From Macrostomum lignano (Eukaryota), in the NCBI GenBank assembly GCA_002269645.1, contig NIVC01000303.1, positions 372,001-436,000 of the forward strand: a DNA stretch of 64,000 bases, given 5' to 3'. Made by a program: the position numbers and the translations under genes. Of the stretch, positions 23,055-34,493 are shown in pieces. The notes under the pieces are model-generated. The model was not told the DNA's origin. It searched no databases and saw only the letters and a program-made list of their open reading frames with translations. Position 1 is the first letter of the stretch, and every line of letters starts with the position of its first letter.

Positions 23055-25266
23055 CAAGCTGTTGAAACCCGCGGATTTTGAACCTGGGGAATTCAAATCC
23101 CCGGAACCATTTTTGCATGTATTTTAAAATCCAAAGTCATACTCAAAACTTGTTAATAGTTGGATAGAGGTGTGAACGAAACTTGGTATAAATGTGTATT
23201 AAAAAGTATATTTCTTTTTATATTCCTGGTTAACTGGTTGCTTCGCAGTTCCAAAACAATGTCTCGCTTTTCAAATTGTTGACCAACAATTTGAATGGCA
23301 ACGTCGTCAACAACAGGTGCATTGAATCTTCTTTCGTGTTGGCCAGCAGGCGTCTTTGTTGCGTGAATGACAACTCGAAGTTCCTCTACATTTGGAGGTA
23401 GCCGCTCCATAGCAGTTTTGAAATCGCGCACGTACTTGTTATGCGCATGCATAATTTCCTGTAGCTCAAAAACAATGTTAGGTCTCACACCTGGAGCAAT
23501 CCTACATCGGCGCTCAACTTCCTCGTGGCTGTCTCCCATGAAGTAGATCTGCAGGAACTTTGGCTCCTCTCCTTGCAGCGGCATCAACGATCCCACCAGA
23601 TGGTACACCTGCCCTTGGACTTTAAAAGTAGGCATGAAGCCTGGCTCTTCAACTATTCTTTCAGCTCCAAAAGAAGTGAACTGAAAACAGCTATTGTATC
23701 GTCGAATGTTGGACAGAAAATGATCCGATTCCTCAGAGTTACCCAGCAACAAATGGCGAAGATAGTCTGGTAGATTCTCATTCAGAGGAGTGAGTCTGAC
23801 TTTTCCATTGCTACAACACATGCCAGGTGTCTCATTTGCCCACCTCAACGCATTGCAATGCTGACATTTCTTCGACATTCTTTCGATAGCAAGCTTTGGG
23901 TGGCTGCTATAAACAAAAGTAGGATCATAATTTAGAGCAAAGCTTAGGGCCCAAGGAGGTGGTCCAATTGCTTGCTCAGATTCGTCATGGGCAACGTCTT
24001 GCTCAATAAATCGATAGGCCGCAGCGCGTTCTATGTGGCGTCTTCGATCGTCTTCACGGCGCACTCCAGCTTCACCCGTCGTTTCATTGCGTCGTGCCTC
24101 TGCGGTCTGATCTCTGTCCCGCTCCTGTCGTTGCCGAGTCTGGACAGTCGTTTCATTGCGTCGTGCCTCTGCGGTCTGATCTCTGTCCCGCTCCTGTCGT
24201 TGCTGAGTCTGGACAGTCGTTTCATTGCGTCGTGCCTCTGCGGTCTGATCTCTGTCCCGTTCCCGTCGTTGCTGAGTCTGGACAGTCGTTTCATTGCGTC
24301 GTGCCTCTGCGGTCTGATCTCTGTCCCGTTCCTGTCGTTGCTGAGTCTGAACAGTCGTTTCATTGCGTCGTGCCTCGGCTGTTTGCTGTCTTTTTTGTTC
24401 ACGTCGTCTTTCTTCCCAATTTGCAGCACTGAGAGGAACCTGTGTACTTCCAGTTCCATCGGAAGTGCTGGCGCCGGCTGCTGATGTCGATGATCTTGTC
24501 GGTGGTCGAAGGCTTCTTTTCTGGGCTTGTTCTCCTAAGGCACTTGCACTCGATCTGGCCTGGGCAGAGCTACCTGTGTTGTCTGCTTCCTCTGTGCTAT
24601 GTGATGTTCCTGCTTCAGCCGCATTGCTTTGCCTTGTAGATCTCCATCGTCTAGCTGCAGCAGTGAAACGACCCAATGCGCTTTTCTTTGGGGGCATTTG
24701 AATTTTAAAGTGCCTTTAAATAGGACTTAGTGTTACAAATTCTATTTTGTGTGACTAATTCAGGAATCAGGATTGCATCGTATCGCTTTTTGTACCACAG
24801 ACAACTATGCTAGTCTTATCGATTGCCATCTTCCTCATCCAAGAAAGAAAGAAAGGCAGGCGGGCGGAGGTTGGGGTGGCTGTCTCGCTGAAAAAAACAG
24901 CCAAACTTTAAAAGTGCACAGCGCCGTTCAGGATTAACTTTGAGACTCGAAATTTTACATGATTGTGCCAAAATAGTTAAAGATTATCTGTGTCAAATTT
25001 GAAGAGGATCAGTAGAAGTGGAGCGGCGCTATGGAGGATTAAGTGAAAAAATCGCGCATTTTGAGCAGTTTTTTGTACTTTTAGGTAGGAAGACTCAAAT
25101 TTAGGAAATTTTAAGGTAGCCTAAGACATTCTCCGTAGTAAGTTTAGGGTGGGTGTAAAGTTTGGTGTAATTTGGTTGAGCGGTTTGGGAGTCCATAGCG
25201 AAGTAATTTGTCCACAGACAGACAGACAGACAGACAGAGTTTTGATTTTTATATGTAGAGAAGAGA
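23055..25266 (-). mobile_element. Helitron internal-deletion derivative with both termini
   Basis: 5' end A|TCTCTTCTCTACATATAAAAATC followed by (GTCT)n. 3' end has the hairpin GGGGATTTGAATTCCCC and ...CCGCGGGTTTCAACAGCTTG|T. Inserted between A and T; contains the RepHel N-terminal ORF. Confidence 0.8.
23153..24697 (-). CDS. Helitron RepHel N-terminal fragment (514 aa)
   Basis: CQHCNALRWANETPGMCCSNGKV zinc motif, FLSNIRRYNSCFQFTSFG, FKVQGQVYHLVGSL, PKFLQIYF, RRFNAP..VAI, RDIVL = conserved Helitron N-region; 23-aa tandem repeats near the N-terminus; homology ends at NQLTR, before Rep and helicase. Confidence 0.9.
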   Translation of the reverse strand: MPPKKSALGRFTAAARRWRSTRQSNAAEAGTSHSTEEADNTGSSAQARSSASALGEQAQKRSLRPPTRSSTSAAGASTSDGTGSTQVPLSAANWEERRREQKRQQTAEARRNETTVQTQQRQERDRDQTAEARRNETTVQTQQRRERDRDQTAEARRNETTVQTQQRQERDRDQTAEARRNETTVQTRQRQERDRDQTAEARRNETTGEAGVRREDDRRRHIERAAAYRFIEQDVAHDESEQAIGPPPWALSFALNYDPTFVYSSHPKLAIERMSKKCQHCNALRWANETPGMCCSNGKVRLTPLNENLPDYLRHLLLGNSEESDHFLSNIRRYNSCFQFTSFGAERIVEEPGFMPTFKVQGQVYHLVGSLMPLQGEEPKFLQIYFMGDSHEEVERRCRIAPGVRPNIVFELQEIMHAHNKYVRDFKTAMERLPPNVEELRVVIHATKTPAGQHERRFNAPVVDDVAIQIVGQQFEKRDIVLELRSNQLTRNIKRNILFNTHLYQVSFTPLSNY

Positions 25267-26100
25267 TGTTAGCCTGCCTGCCTGCGATCGAATTGGCAAA
25301 TTTGCATTGGCAATCGGACATGCTCGAATCACACATGAAAACTCACATTATAACAAATTATAACAATGATAACCAACTCAAGGACCACATTCGAAACTGC
25401 GAATTAAGAATGCAGTTAAGTCAAGAGCCTTTTTTCACAGCTTTCTACTAATAGTAGCTGTTTATTTTGGATTGATAGTTCCTTTACAATTCAAATTGAA
25501 TGAAAAAACGAGGAAGGCTCACTCAGGTCCGCCCGGCCCGCTCACCGGTTCCTCTCTCGCGGCCTTGTCGTCCCCATCTCACCCCTCCCCCAGCACCATC
25601 CAATAACATGGCGAGCCAAATTCCTCCCCCTAGCTCCCCCAAGTGTGGCGGTCTTGGTGTGTGGCGGTCTTGGTCCTACACCAACTAAAATTGTTAAAAG
25701 AAAAACATTTTATTCACTATTAAAGTTGATACCTTTCTATTGTTCCTTTCAATTTTTTCCATCTTGTATATAGCTCACAGGACTTGCTAATAATAACAAA
25801 TTGCATCACAAAAAATGTGAAAAATGAAAGATGCTAAATGTTTCTTTTATTTTTTAATACCTAATAATTCAATTTTCAAAGGTAAAGTTTTTTATTTAGA
25901 CTAATAAATAAGATTTGTCACTTAAAAAGGAAAATATTATAAACATCTTTAAAAATTCTCCCTGGAATAACTACCCTATCACCCTACCTGCCTACCAAAG
26001 CAGAGGAGAGTTGCACTTGCACCTACCCTAAATAAGCAGTAAGCCTAGGTCTAGGAGGGTAGGGTTAAGCCATGAAATCTAATATGCAATAGAAATAGAA

Positions 26101-28141
26101 ATGTATATAACTTTTGCCGATCGGTTTTTACCGACGCTAAACCGACGTTAAAATGTACATAGAGGGAGTGGGGTGGCTGCACACTGGACGACAAACGGAA
26201 TGGGGTGGCGGACAGGGAATCCCCAAGGCCACTCTGTAACGGTTTCGTAATTTCCATTATCAACTATTCCAAATGTATGTAATTTATTTATTAACTGTTT
26301 TCTTCTGTTTATAAATCAAAGTTAAAATGCATAGATTTTGTTTTATCGGAGTCTTCTTGGCACAAATTTAAATGCTGTTATCTATTAAGTTATACCTTGG
26401 TGAGACGTAGGTGTGATGTGTGGCTAAGTTGTTGTCGTCCAATTCCTAATATACTGGTGCAATCGTTAAATATACTAATCATCGGATATTTCGTTACAAT
26501 AAGTTTCTATTTCTCCTCCATCAAATTGAAATTCGGCAACACTGTTTTATCATTCTAATATATGACTCTGAGCTCCGCTAGCCAACAATAGCAGCCCAGC
26601 TCGTCTACGCGAACTCGCTCCGTCAGAACGCCACAACTCAAAGCGCCTACCAATGATCAAGCAAGGCAAACTGATGACTCACTCGACACTCCCCAGTAGA
26701 TCTGTCTCTGTCCAACATACTGTTCCTATTTAAATACATTGCCGACGTAAACTTTTGCCGAAGCTAACTTAATTTTCCCATTTAAATACATTGCCGACGT
26801 AAACTTTTGCCGAAGCTAACTTAATTTTCCCATTTAAATACATTGCCGACGTAAACTTTTGAGACTCTCATGCACTAACGAGAAGGGACTCCATCAGTCT
26901 GCAGACGAATTAAGGATTTTTTATTAACTGTACTAGAAATGGCCGATTTAGGGACTACATGTATATGCGAGGCATGCAAGTACGTACACACAGTCATAGT
27001 CAGTTCTGGAAACGAGGACTTTGCACAGGACTTTGTTGTCAGGCTGCGGTTGTCCAGGAAGAGTGGGAAGTGGATTACTGGCACCCTGCTACTTGACGAC
27101 AATGCCCCCAGCTCAACCACTATGTTAATCCTGTATCCTCTTCCGTCATCCAGACAATTCTCACCAGACCTGGCACCCTCCAATTTTTATAATTACATGC
27201 AGCACATGCTGCTCTGTCAACTTAAATTACATACACTGTATGTGCAGTATAGAAGCGAACTCTTCGTTAGACTCGAAATGGGGTCATGCGCGGCCGCTTC
27301 TATACTGCACATACAGTGTATGTAATTTAAGTTGACAGAGCAGCATGTAATTATAAAAATTGGAGGGTGCCAGGTCTGGTGAGAATTGGCTGGATGACGG
27401 AAGAGGATACAGGATTAACATAGTGGTTGAGCTGGGGGCATTGTCGTCAAGTAGCAGGGTGCCAGTAATCCACTTCCCACTCTTCCTGGACAACCGCAGC
27501 CTGACAACAAAGTCCTGTGCAAAGTCCTCGTTTCCAGAACTGACTATGACTGTGTGTACGTACTTGCATGCCTCGCATATACATGTAGTCCCTAAATCGG
27601 CCATTTCTAGTACAGTTAATAAAAAATCCTTAATTCGTCTGCAGACTGATGGAGTCCCTTCTCGTTAGTGCATGAGAGTCTCAAAAGTTTACGTCGGCAA
27701 TGTATTTAAATGGGAAAATTAAGTTAGCTTCGGCAAAAGTTTACGTCGGCAATGTATTTAAATGGGAAAATTAAGTTAGCTTCGGCAAAAGTTTACGTCG
27801 GCAATGTATTTAAATGGGAAAATTAAGTTAGCGTCGGCAAAAGTTTACGTCGGCAATGTATTTAAATGGGAAAATTAAGTTAGCGTCGGCAAAAGTTTAC
27901 GTCGGCAATGTATTTAAATAGGAACAGTATGTTGGACAGAGACAGATCTACTGGGGAGTGTCGAGTGAGTCATCAGTTTGCCTTGCTTGATCATTGGTAG
28001 GCGCTTTGAGTGGCCTTGGGGATTCCCTGTCCGCCACCCCATTCCGTTTGTCGTCCAGTGTGCAGCCACCCCACTCCCTCTATGTACATTTTAACGTCGG
28101 TTTAGCGTCGGTAAAAACCGATCGGCAAAAGTTATATACAT
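26101..28141. mobile_element. Foldback-type palindromic element (~2 kb)
   Basis: Left arm (26101-26234 plus 26640-27257) is the reverse complement of right arm 27295-28141; 37-bp central spacer; internal 52-bp tandem repeats in both arms; candidate 8-bp TSD AAATAGAA/CAATAGAA (1 mismatch). Confidence 0.9.
26235..26635. mobile_element. Solo LTR (Gypsy-like) inserted in the foldback left arm
   Basis: TGTAAC...CCACA termini, 4-bp TSD ACTC (26231-26234, 26636-26639); absent from the mirror arm. Confidence 0.8.
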
Positions 28142-28452
28142 CAATAGAATAGATTCCATTTAGATATAGGCCTAGTAATTGGCTTGGCAATGTATAAAAA
28201 TCATAATAGTCAGTACATATATTTTTAATATAGTAAAAAATTGCAATTGTAAAGAAGCGCATGTTTAATTAGGCCAGGCTATTTTTCAACTTAAATGAAC
28301 AGCAAAGAATATTTATTGCGATGGGAAACTGTCGCAGTCCAGTCCTTCACAACCATCATTGATGCCCTTTCGGCAAACAGGGCATTTCGGAGCTCGCCGA
28401 CGCCCATGAGGTTGAGGAATTGCTCAGCTGCACGATGCAACTCCAAGGCGCG

Positions 28453-31025
28453 ACACCATTGAGGTGGGGCGGAGGAAGAAAAATTTTGGTGTTGTAAATT
28501 AAACTTGGCGGTTGTGGGTTTTGAACTCGGGGTTTCTTTGAAACCAGACGTCGTTGTGTTCGCACGAATCGAAACCGGAAGATCGCGCAGATGAATCACA
28601 ACGGAAGTTTGCCTCCTGTTTTACTCCGACTGCCGGGGTCCTCAAATTCCGGGGGGAGGGTAGTCTCAGTCGTAGGCGAGCGGTCTTCGTTAGGCGCGAG
28701 CGTTCAGTGTGGGTCCTCAGACACCGTGAATTAATGTACCTCGTATGCTTATTTCGTTACTAATAGAGAGTAGCGCTGCCACCACCGTAATTTGCGTAAT
28801 ACGGAACGTTGGAGTCTCAGAGCTTGCTTCGAGATGAGACTGGGTTATTTTACGCCCCACGGGCAAATGACTCAAGATAAACTACATGACTTTAATTAAT
28901 TGAACAACGAAATTAAGTTGGTTCGCCTAGTTTATTAAAAGGCCGATTAAATTAAAGTTAGCTAATATTATTATTATGATGAAACGAGTACAACGAGGGA
29001 TGAGACGGTGGTGCCACGAGGGCGACTACAAACTAGCAACTATTAAAAATAAATGAACTTCCCTAGTAGTACGTGTAGTACGCACAGGAGAGAGAAGAGA
29101 CGAAGAGACAAAGTCGAGAGGCGAAGAGGCGACGAAAACAAAGAGAGAGAGAGAGAGACAGAGAGAGAGAGCGAGCCGCGAGACGCATTAATTTAGCAGA
29201 CCTCACATCATATTATTTATAAAATTAAACAGAACATTTTGTGGCACCAAACAAACAGAAAAAGGAGGAAATAATAATTAAAATGGACCTTAAAGTCATA
29301 GTTATGGGCATACGAAAATTAACACTGGGGAGATGGGCAAAACTAACAACGAACAGTAAAGGGGCACAATGGCCAGAACCTGGAGCAGAGGGTCAGAACC
29401 AGGGAGCGGGAGATGATGGAAGGGTGACGTCAGGGCAGCACCTTAAGGTGGACGGAGGAGGGCCAAACCCGGGACAACGGCAAAAAAATAACGACCAGAA
29501 AACGGGATCCAAAATAAATTTTTCAAAACAGTTAGTGGGAGGCTCAACCTACCACACCATTGAGGTGAGGTGAAGAAAATTTTCTTGGAAATTGGTTGTT
29601 TGAAATTAGTTGCTGACACCGGTTAGTAGTAGTAGTAGTAGTAAATTTGGCTCAGGCAAGGAGCATGTTTTGCCAGTATTATACGATGTATTTAGTATTT
29701 GTTCACAAGGTTAAATTTTTACACGATCGCTGAAAACGAGTTACGATATTTGTATAAGTAAGGTATTTGAAAGAGCGTCTGGAATTTTTACGGTTTTTTT
29801 TTCAGCCTACTAACGGCTAACGACAGAACGACAAGATTCTAAGCAGGGAAAAATAAAAAATCGATGTCGTTTATCTATGACCTTAATGCAAAACGATTCT
29901 TCTAAAATGCGATTTAGGAAAGTTAGTTTAATTTTGTCAAAATAGCAAACATCGAGTATAATTAAGGATTGCTCTCAATAATAGGCGATTTTTGTAAAAA
30001 GATATACTGGGGCGGATTCCACAGTTGTTGAATTGCCGCCTTCGTTGAGTTCGCACGAATGAATCCGGAGAAATCGCGCAGACGAATCACAACGAAAAAT
30101 TTCTTTCTCCTGCTTTAATCCGACAGCCGGGTTCTCAAGTCCAGGGGTAGTCGTAATCGTAGCGGAGCGATCGTTAACGGCGCGGTCGTTCAGACGTGTA
30201 ACAACGGAGATTCTGACTCCAAAATTATGGAGTCGAGTTGCTGAGCTTGTTACTTTCAGTAGGGTAGAGCTGCCACCACCGTAATTTACGTATTCCGGAA
30301 CGATTAAGTTTCTGGGCTTCCTTAAGCTGAGAAAACTTAGTTATTTTACACCCGCGGGCAAATGACTTAAGAAAAGGCTATGGCTTAACGTCAACGAAAA
30401 ATTAAAGAATATGGCACTTATTAATCATTATTATTATTGCGGATCAGTTTAATATTAGCAGGCTGAAACTGAATAAAAATTAAATTTCCGACAAGTAATA
30501 TGAGACGCTGGCGGCACCGGGATGCTGAATTAAAGGTAGTTTAACTAGTAAAGTTAAGCGCTTAGTAAAAACTGATTAATTAATTAATACGCAAATTACT
30601 AAAACAGGCAGAAGGCAAGGGAAAATAAACAAGAGTGGAAAAGGGGGAAGGCAGGTTAGGGAGTTGTTGAGGAAAAACAGGGCTCGAAACAACTACTAAA
30701 TACATCAAAAAACGCGGACAAACGGTGGAGACAGGGGTTGGACAGGGCCGGGCGGTGGGCAGAAAATAACACGGGTTGGGCCAGGCTCAAATACGAATTA
30801 TGACATCTCGCGGAATAACAAAATTCACGAGAGGGACTACGAAAAATCAAAGAAGGGACGAATCCAGTCCAAGCGAAGAAACGGGGGTTGAACAGTTGAT
30901 GGACGGGGGAGGCGAAAAATCAGCGGATGGGAACTGTTAGAAATTATTTCGCATGCAACTAAATGTTATTAAAATAATAATTTTTTTCAGTCAATCGTGG
31001 CATCTCGACTGCAACACTATTGAGG
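28453..31025 (-). repeat. Diverged ~1.1-1.5 kb tandem modules with PBS-like sites (LTR-retroelement-derived?)
   Basis: Homologous blocks at 28557-28880 and 30048-30372; ACAC(C/T)ATTGAGG at 28453, 29554 and 31014; minus-strand TGGTGGCAGC at 28775-28784 and 30269-30278. Confidence 0.5.
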
Positions 31026-31144
31026 ACCGAACGTTTCTACGAAAATTTACTTCCGAGAAGTGTACACGTCTTAAACAAATTTGACATCGCATTACCACTT
31101 CTTACATTCTCTGGCTATAATAATCAGCTACAATTTGCTGAGTT

Positions 31145-31210
31145 GCCGTAACTTTGAGTTGACAAAATACCAGGTGACGAAATGTCGGTTGACGAAATGT
31201 CCCGGAACCC
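31145..31210. mobile_element. Orphan MULE-like TIR end
   Basis: GACGAAATGTC duplicated, ending in CCCGGAACCC; no partner TIR found. Confidence 0.5.
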
Positions 31211-31385
31211 CGCATTTATGCTTGCCCACCGACCGACCGATGTTTTCCAGCCGGTGTTTGCTTGCCGACCGCACACTTGCCCGCCACTAAGACATAATGT
31301 ACATATACGTAGATCGATTTCAGCCTACTACCTGAGTCTACATGTACGAGCGTAGCTTCTTAGATATTCTATAATACGGGAATGT

Positions 31386-31390
<5 letters not shown>

Positions 31391-31424
<34 letters not shown>
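31391..31424. repeat. (TA)n microsatellite
   Basis: 17 TA units. Confidence 0.95.
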
Positions 31425-31429
<5 letters not shown>

Positions 31430-31784
31430 TTTAATCCACTGAAGGGGAACCTTACATGTAAATATATGTACATGTACGTAAATAATAATATATATGGCTA
31501 TAGTTAATTCAACACTATCAGCCTATATAGCTGGCTTCGATAAAATTGACGAGCGGTAATACGTATATAGTTGGAACAATTAAATGTAAGCGTCGACCTT
31601 TGAATACACCGACTGACATCGCATCTCCAATTACTGAATCAGATTGAAAAAATGGAGTAGCCCTGCATGCAGAGAGACGTACATGTATTTCAAGGTGGGC
31701 ATGATCACGCCGGCCCTCTTGTAGTTATTTGGGCCCCTCACGCAGGTTTAGACTCGATCGATCCTATCCGGACTGCCACTTAAG

Positions 31785-31930
31785 CAGGCCCAACCAATCC
31801 CTCAAACAACCAGCTAACAGGCCCAACCAATCCTTCCAACAACCAGCTAACAGGCCCAACCAATCCTTCCAACAACCAACCAACAGGCCCAACCAATCCT
31901 TCAAAACAACCAACCAACAGGCCCAACCCA
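31785..31930. repeat. 33-bp minisatellite (AACAGGCCCAACCAATCCTTCCAACAACCAGCT)
   Basis: About 4 copies. Confidence 0.9.
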
Positions 31931-32042
31931 TCACTGCGCCTCAGGCTGTACGTCGTCCACCGAATTAACCAGCACGTATAGTAGGTGTACTGGCTCGTTA
32001 ACAGCGGCTTCACCGACGGCCTAAGCTTGATTTACCTGTCCT

Positions 32043-32335
32043 GAGACCGTCCTGTTGTACAACGCCGAGACCAGGCTGGACGCTGACGGACTCGTTCGCA
32101 AATCAAGTCGATGCGGGGCGCGCACGCTGGCCTGCTACTCGCTGCCTTCAAGATCGGCTACGAGTGAGTCACCAATGCGGCACTGGCACTCTATCGCCGC
32201 ACCAGCCTGTCGCGTTCCAGCGAACTGTTGCGCCATCGGCGATTGGCGACTCCAGCTGTATGGCTGCAGGCCATATCATCTGAGCCGAGTCCGACTGTCT
32301 GCAGTCGGTGCAGGAGATGCTGTTTCTGACGCTGT
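32043..32335 (+). pseudogene. Degenerate RTE-clade LINE fragment (post-RT C-terminal region)
   Basis: Frameshifted translation ETVLLYNAET / TLTDS / HAGLL.AAFKIGYE / VTNAAL.LYRR...SELLRHRRL / AGHII matches the RTE C-terminal pattern. Confidence 0.7.
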
Positions 32336-32867
32336 TGTTGTTGTTGATTTGCTGCTCGACGGTCAGCATGCTTGTCTCTGACCGCGGCCAATTGAAAACG
32401 AGTATTTATCGTCTTCAACTAAGATCACCAGCCTACGTCGATTCGTTGAATGCTCTTCCTAACCGCCGATTACAATGGACAAGTAATCGCTTAAAACGTC
32501 GTTCGCCTTAAAGGACGTCGTTTAAAACGGAAACTGCATGACGGTGCCTGACCGACAGTTCAGATCAGGCTTGTCGGACTGTTGATGCCTCCGAGTTGTT
32601 CGAATTGCGACCTGGACAACTCGAAAAATTTAGGTGTTTCGACTCTGAATAGTCGCGATCTATGGGGATGTTTTACTTTCTCACATGCAATAACGAACTA
32701 AAGCAAATTACCTGAGTTTTGAAGGTTGCAGCTGTATTCTGATGCAATAATTATGTTGCAACTTCAGTATATTCAATATTATAATAAAAAAAACTGGTGA
32801 TTAGTTTCTGTAGACATGGCAAATGATCGAAAATTACACTTGGTTGTCATACCGTGCCCCTAGAACG

Positions 32868-33865
32868 TCTCTTTAATTGTCTCTAGAACGTCTCTGCATT
32901 GTCTCTAGAACGTCTCTACACTGTCTCTAGAACGTCTCTGCATTGTCTCTAGAACGGCTCTGCATTGTCTCTAGAACATCTCTGCATTGTCTCTATAGAA
33001 CGTCTCTGCACTGTCTCTAGAACGTGTCTACACTGTCTCTAGAACGTGTCTACACTGTCTCTAGAACGTGTCTACACTGTCTCTAGAACGTCTCTACATT
33101 GTCTCAAAAACGTCTCTGCATTGTCTCTAGAACATCTCTGCATTGTCTCTATAGAACGTATATGCATTGTCTCTAGAACGTCTCTGCATTGTCTCTAGAA
33201 CATCTCTGCATTGTCTCTATAGAACGTCTATGCATTGTCTCTAGAACGTCTCTACATTGTCTCTAAAACGTCTCTGCATTGTCTAGAACGTCTCTACACT
33301 GTCTCTAGAACATCTCTGCATTGTCTCAATAGAACGTCTCTGCATTGTCTCTAGAACGTCTCTACACTGTCTCTAGAACGTGTCTACACTGTCTCTAGAA
33401 CGTGTCTACACTGTCTCTAGAACGTCTCTACATTGTCTCAAAAACGTCTCTGCATTGTCTCTAGAACATCTCTGCATTGTCTCTATAGAACGTATATGCA
33501 TTGTCTCTAGAACGTCTCTGCATTGTCTCTAGAACATCTCTGCATTGTCTCTATAGAACGTCTATGCATTGTCTCTAGAACGTCTCTACATTGTCTCTAA
33601 AACGTCTCTGCATTGTCTAGAACGTCTCTACACTGTCTCTAGAACATCTCTGCATTGTCTCAATAGAACGTCTCTGCATTGTCTCTAGAACGTCTCTACA
33701 CTGTCTCTAGAACGTCTCTACACTGTCTCTAGAACGTCTCTACATTGTCTCTAAAACGTCTCTGCATTGTCTCTAGAACATCTCTGCATTGTCTCTATAG
33801 AACGTCTCTACACTGTCTCTAGAACGTCTCTGCATTGTCTCTAGAACGTCTCTGCATTGTCTCTA
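32868..33865. repeat. 22-bp minisatellite (CTCTAGAACGTCTCTGCATTGT) with ~334-bp higher-order repeat
   Basis: About 45 copies; the variant TCTCAAAAACG recurs at 33106 and 33440. Confidence 0.96.
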
Positions 33866-33924
33866 TTATCACTTTTGAACTCCTTTAGAAATTTTTCGAG
33901 AATATCTTCAAGTTCGCAATCAGA

Positions 33925-34182
33925 TCAGTCCTGCTCCGAATTCAATTCGATGTCGTTAGGCGAATCAAGTTCAACTGTGGGCTCAGCGGCCGTCTCTGAA
34001 GAGGTTTTCCGTCGACTGTTGTACATGCTGATGAATCGCTCGCCAGAAGGTTTCTTGGCGCTGAGCCACAGTCTGCCAGCCATCAAAGCATTTCGTCGTT
34101 CTGAAGCTGACAGAGCTGACTGCTGCGGCTGTTGCGGCTGCTGCTCATGATGCTCATAATGGTCTTGATGAGGAGTCTCTTC
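33925..34182 (-). CDS. CNBD-like gene terminal coding exon
   Basis: ctctgcag acceptor, phase 0, EETPHQDHYEHHEQQPQQ...NSEQD*, TGA at 33925-33927. Confidence 0.65.
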   Translation of the reverse strand, partial: EETPHQDHYEHHEQQPQQPQQSALSASERRNALMAGRLWLSAKKPSGERFISMYNSRRKTSSETAAEPTVELDSPNDIELNSEQD

Positions 34183-34493
34183 CTGCAGAGGCTAAAAGTC
34201 ATTTATGAGAGATTTTCGTTAGGCATTGAGGCTGATCGTACAGACCCATTGGGTCAGCTATTTTTAAACTGAATGGAGTACAAGCATTTTACCTCACTGG
34301 TGTCGACAAATTTGGCTGCATTGCGACGTTTCTGAGACTTCTGGAATTTAGTTAAAGTGTAGAATACATGTAGGTTTTAAACGGGCTTGCTGTGATTTGA
34401 TTAGAAAGCTAGAAATACATTTAGTTGTTAAAGTGCTACATGGATAACTATTTTTGGTATGTGTTCTATGTTCTAAAGGAATGTATGGGTGAT

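Noticed and set aside
26666-26700. CTGATGA as a hammerhead ribozyme core (mirrored at ~27970)
   Set aside because: No stem II followed by GAAA; the other CTGATGA/TCATCAG sites checked also fail
26875-27668. Paired 102-128 aa ORFs on both strands
   Set aside because: Mirror-image products of the palindrome
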